From contig CAYMZN010000001.1 in NCBI GenBank assembly GCA_964394935.1, positions 55,210 through 119,209 on the forward strand: DNA of 64,000 bases, read 5' to 3'. The notes beneath the pieces were generated by a model. That model searched no databases. It saw nothing but the letters and a program-made list of their open reading frames with translations, and had not been told where the DNA came from. Positions 62,052 to 64,000 of this stretch are shown one piece after another. A program made the translations under genes and the position numbers. Every line of letters begins with the position of its first letter. Position 1 is the stretch's first letter. The stretch is from an uncultured Candidatus Bathyarchaeia archaeon (lineage in GTDB: Archaea > Thermoproteota > Bathyarchaeia > 40CM-2-53-6).

Positions 62052-62342
62052 TCAACTTGAGTGATCAGACTTGCTTCCTCCAGCTGAACTCTCGATGACG
62101 TACCTATAGACGACGACCTGACCCGCAGTGGGACTCCGGCGGCTGATTTTGATGATATCCCATGGTTTTGCTCCTATCTGTCTCGCGGCTGGATCATCAG
62201 CTCTCAGGTAGGGCAGTTGATGTGCCTTGATGTGTAGGCGTTCCAGTAGCTGCTCCGCCTCACGCTTTGGCACAATCTCATGCTTCGGTACGAGTTGATG
62301 TTCAAAAACGTCTATCGCCTTCCTCCTCTCCTCATCCTTCAA
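62052..62342 (-). CDS. rpo5: RNA polymerase subunit Rpo5 (H)
   Basis: HQLVPKHE, QLP....DP, RRSPTAG..YRYV. Confidence 0.95.
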   Translation of the reverse strand: MKDEERRKAIDVFEHQLVPKHEIVPKREAEQLLERLHIKAHQLPYLRADDPAARQIGAKPWDIIKISRRSPTAGQVVVYRYVIESSAGGSKSDHSS

Positions 62343-62681
62343 GTGATCGTCTCTCCGATATCCGAACCCTCATTAGGCCCCGAGAAATAGGAACCCTAGC
62401 GAAACTCTCCCTTAGCACAAGGCGACGCGCTAATAAGCATTATGCGGTCGAATCGTCAATTTGCAGTGCAACATGTCCCTTCGGGTGTCGGGACCATATC
62501 GATATCAGACACCTTAGATTTAGGCCAAGAATCCGTCCAACCGAGAGTCCAGTCGGCAATCTTCAGAAGGTGCCAGCTGTAGACTTGGAATGCTCAATGC
62601 AACAAGGTCCTCTACGGGGAGGATCCAGCCTGAGGAAACTTTTCCTTACAGCTCTGTCGAAGCATCACAATCCTCGTTCCG

Positions 62682-63086
62682 TCATGTCTCTTCGAGTTCT
62701 TCTGGCATCTTGACGCCCAAGTGGGAATAGATTGCCGTCTTCAAGACCTTCAGCCCGAGAAGGGCACACTCCATTCTCGCGGGTCCCGGGTCTGTTCCTA
62801 GAAGACCGATGATGTCTTTCTTTCCAAGTTTCCTAATCTCGGAGATTGGCTTCCCTTTCGAGAGTTCTGTCAGCATAGAGGCGGATGCTATGCTTATCGC
62901 ACATCCTTGTCCTCGAAACTTGACATCCTCGATCTTGTTCCCGTCAAGTTTTAGCTGCATCTCAATCGTGTCGCCGCATATGACGCTCGCTTCCCTTGCC
63001 CGAGCATTTGCGTCTGGAAGGCCGCCATAGTTTCTGGGATGTCTGTAGTGGTCAAGGATCGTCTCCTTATAGACGTCGACGCTCAT
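62682..63086 (-). CDS. sufU: SufU/IscU Fe-S scaffold or sulfur-transfer protein
   Basis: LDHYRHPRNYG, CGD, GCAISIASAS, RMECA. Confidence 0.92.
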   Translation of the reverse strand: MSVDVYKETILDHYRHPRNYGGLPDANARAREASVICGDTIEMQLKLDGNKIEDVKFRGQGCAISIASASMLTELSKGKPISEIRKLGKKDIIGLLGTDPGPARMECALLGLKVLKTAIYSHLGVKMPEELEET

Positions 63087-64000
63087 ACCTTGAACAGCTT
63101 CCCGGCGCTTTCGAGAGCCCTGACAAGTATGTCAACTTCCCGTCTTGTGTTGTAGATGTAGAAGCTGACACGAGAAGTGGCCGGCACCTTCAACCTTTCC
63201 ATTAGAGGCTGCGCACAGTGGTGTCCAGATCTTATCGCGATGCCTTGAGTGTCAAGGATTGTGGCTAGATCATGCGCGTGAATGTCTCCGAGATTGAATG
63301 AGATTGCCGCTCCCCGTTGCTCTATGTCTTTGGTGCCGTACAGCACGAGACCTTTCACGTCTTCCAGTTGTTCGAGGGCATATCTCGTGATCTCCTTCTC
63401 ATGCTCCCTCACGTTTCGCATTCCCAAGTCCGACAGATAGTCGACCGCTGCACTTAGGCCGATGACTCCCTCAATGTTCGGAGTTCCCGCCTCAAACTTC
63501 CATGGGGGATCGTTCCATCGAGCCTCTTGAAGATGAACTTCCTTGATCATTTCGCCGCCGCCCATGAATGGCTCCATGTGATCTAGAAGGTCGTATCTTC
63601 CATAGAGCATTCCAATCCCAGTGGGTGCCAGCATCTTGTGACCTGAGACCGCCATGAAATCGCATTCGAGGTCTGCCACATCGACAGGCATGTGAGGAAC
63701 TGACTGTGCAGCATCCACTGCGACGATGGCGCCAATGTTGTGGGCCCTCTGTGCCATCTGCCTGACAGGATTGATCGTTCCCAAGACGTTCGAGACGTGT
63801 GTCAGGCTGAGGATCTTCGGTTTTTCTTTGATCAGTTCCTCGAAGCTCTGCAAGCTCAGTAATCCATCATCGTTGATCCGCACGTAGTCAAGTTTGATGC
63901 CTCTCTCCTTTGCCAGGATCTGCCAGGGAACGATGTTGCTGTGGTGCTCCATCTCAGTAAGAAGAACGCGGTCTCCGGATTTGAGGTTCGCTCTTGCCCA
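63083..64000 (-). CDS. sufS: Cysteine desulfurase SufS (5' end beyond window)
   Basis: MEHHSNIVPW, DAAQS, SGHKM, EAGTP, RSGHHCAQP. Confidence 0.95.
   Translation of the reverse strand, partial: WARANLKSGDRVLLTEMEHHSNIVPWQILAKERGIKLDYVRINDDGLLSLQSFEELIKEKPKILSLTHVSNVLGTINPVRQMAQRAHNIGAIVAVDAAQSVPHMPVDVADLECDFMAVSGHKMLAPTGIGMLYGRYDLLDHMEPFMGGGEMIKEVHLQEARWNDPPWKFEAGTPNIEGVIGLSAAVDYLSDLGMRNVREHEKEITRYALEQLEDVKGLVLYGTKDIEQRGAAISFNLGDIHAHDLATILDTQGIAIRSGHHCAQPLMERLKVPATSRVSFYIYNTRREVDILVRALESAGKLFKV

Noticed and set aside
1..64000. CRISPR arrays, IS elements, integrases, rRNA, and the many short antisense or overlapping ORFs in the track
   Set aside because: No repeat-spacer arrays, transposase or integrase motifs or rRNA-like sequence were seen; the shadow ORFs overlap well-supported genes and lack motifs.

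Overview
Archaeal chromosomal window, most consistent with a TACK-lineage archaeon such as Bathyarchaeia (inferred from fused Rpo1 A'A'', single Rpo2, Fae-Hps, and aIF2a/Nop10/S27e/L44e gene order). It contains a Thermotoga-type inositol catabolic cluster (iolG-like, iolO, iolN) beside ino1, several decayed pseudogenes, a radA(intein)-iRadA-small protein-polB2 operon, aldolase/PPi-PFK, aglB, a nucleoside ABC transporter, a wHTH-fused and apparently catalytically dead class III RNR, the rpoH-B-A-L30e-nusA operon and sufSU. The main signal is spread of bulge-helix-bulge (BHB) introns. The apparently broken polB2 is interrupted by one 32-nt insertion (20182-20213) that folds into a BHB/BHL splicing-endonuclease substrate, and its removal restores a 744-aa polymerase, making it a candidate archaeal mRNA intron outside cbf5. 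The tRNA-Glu(TTC) gene at 38845-38998 carries four BHB-type introns. That tRNA lies downstream of a truncated LAGLIDADG-like gene that begins at an intron-less 5' fragment of the same tRNA. All calls are by eye from the sequence; no searches or folding programs were run.
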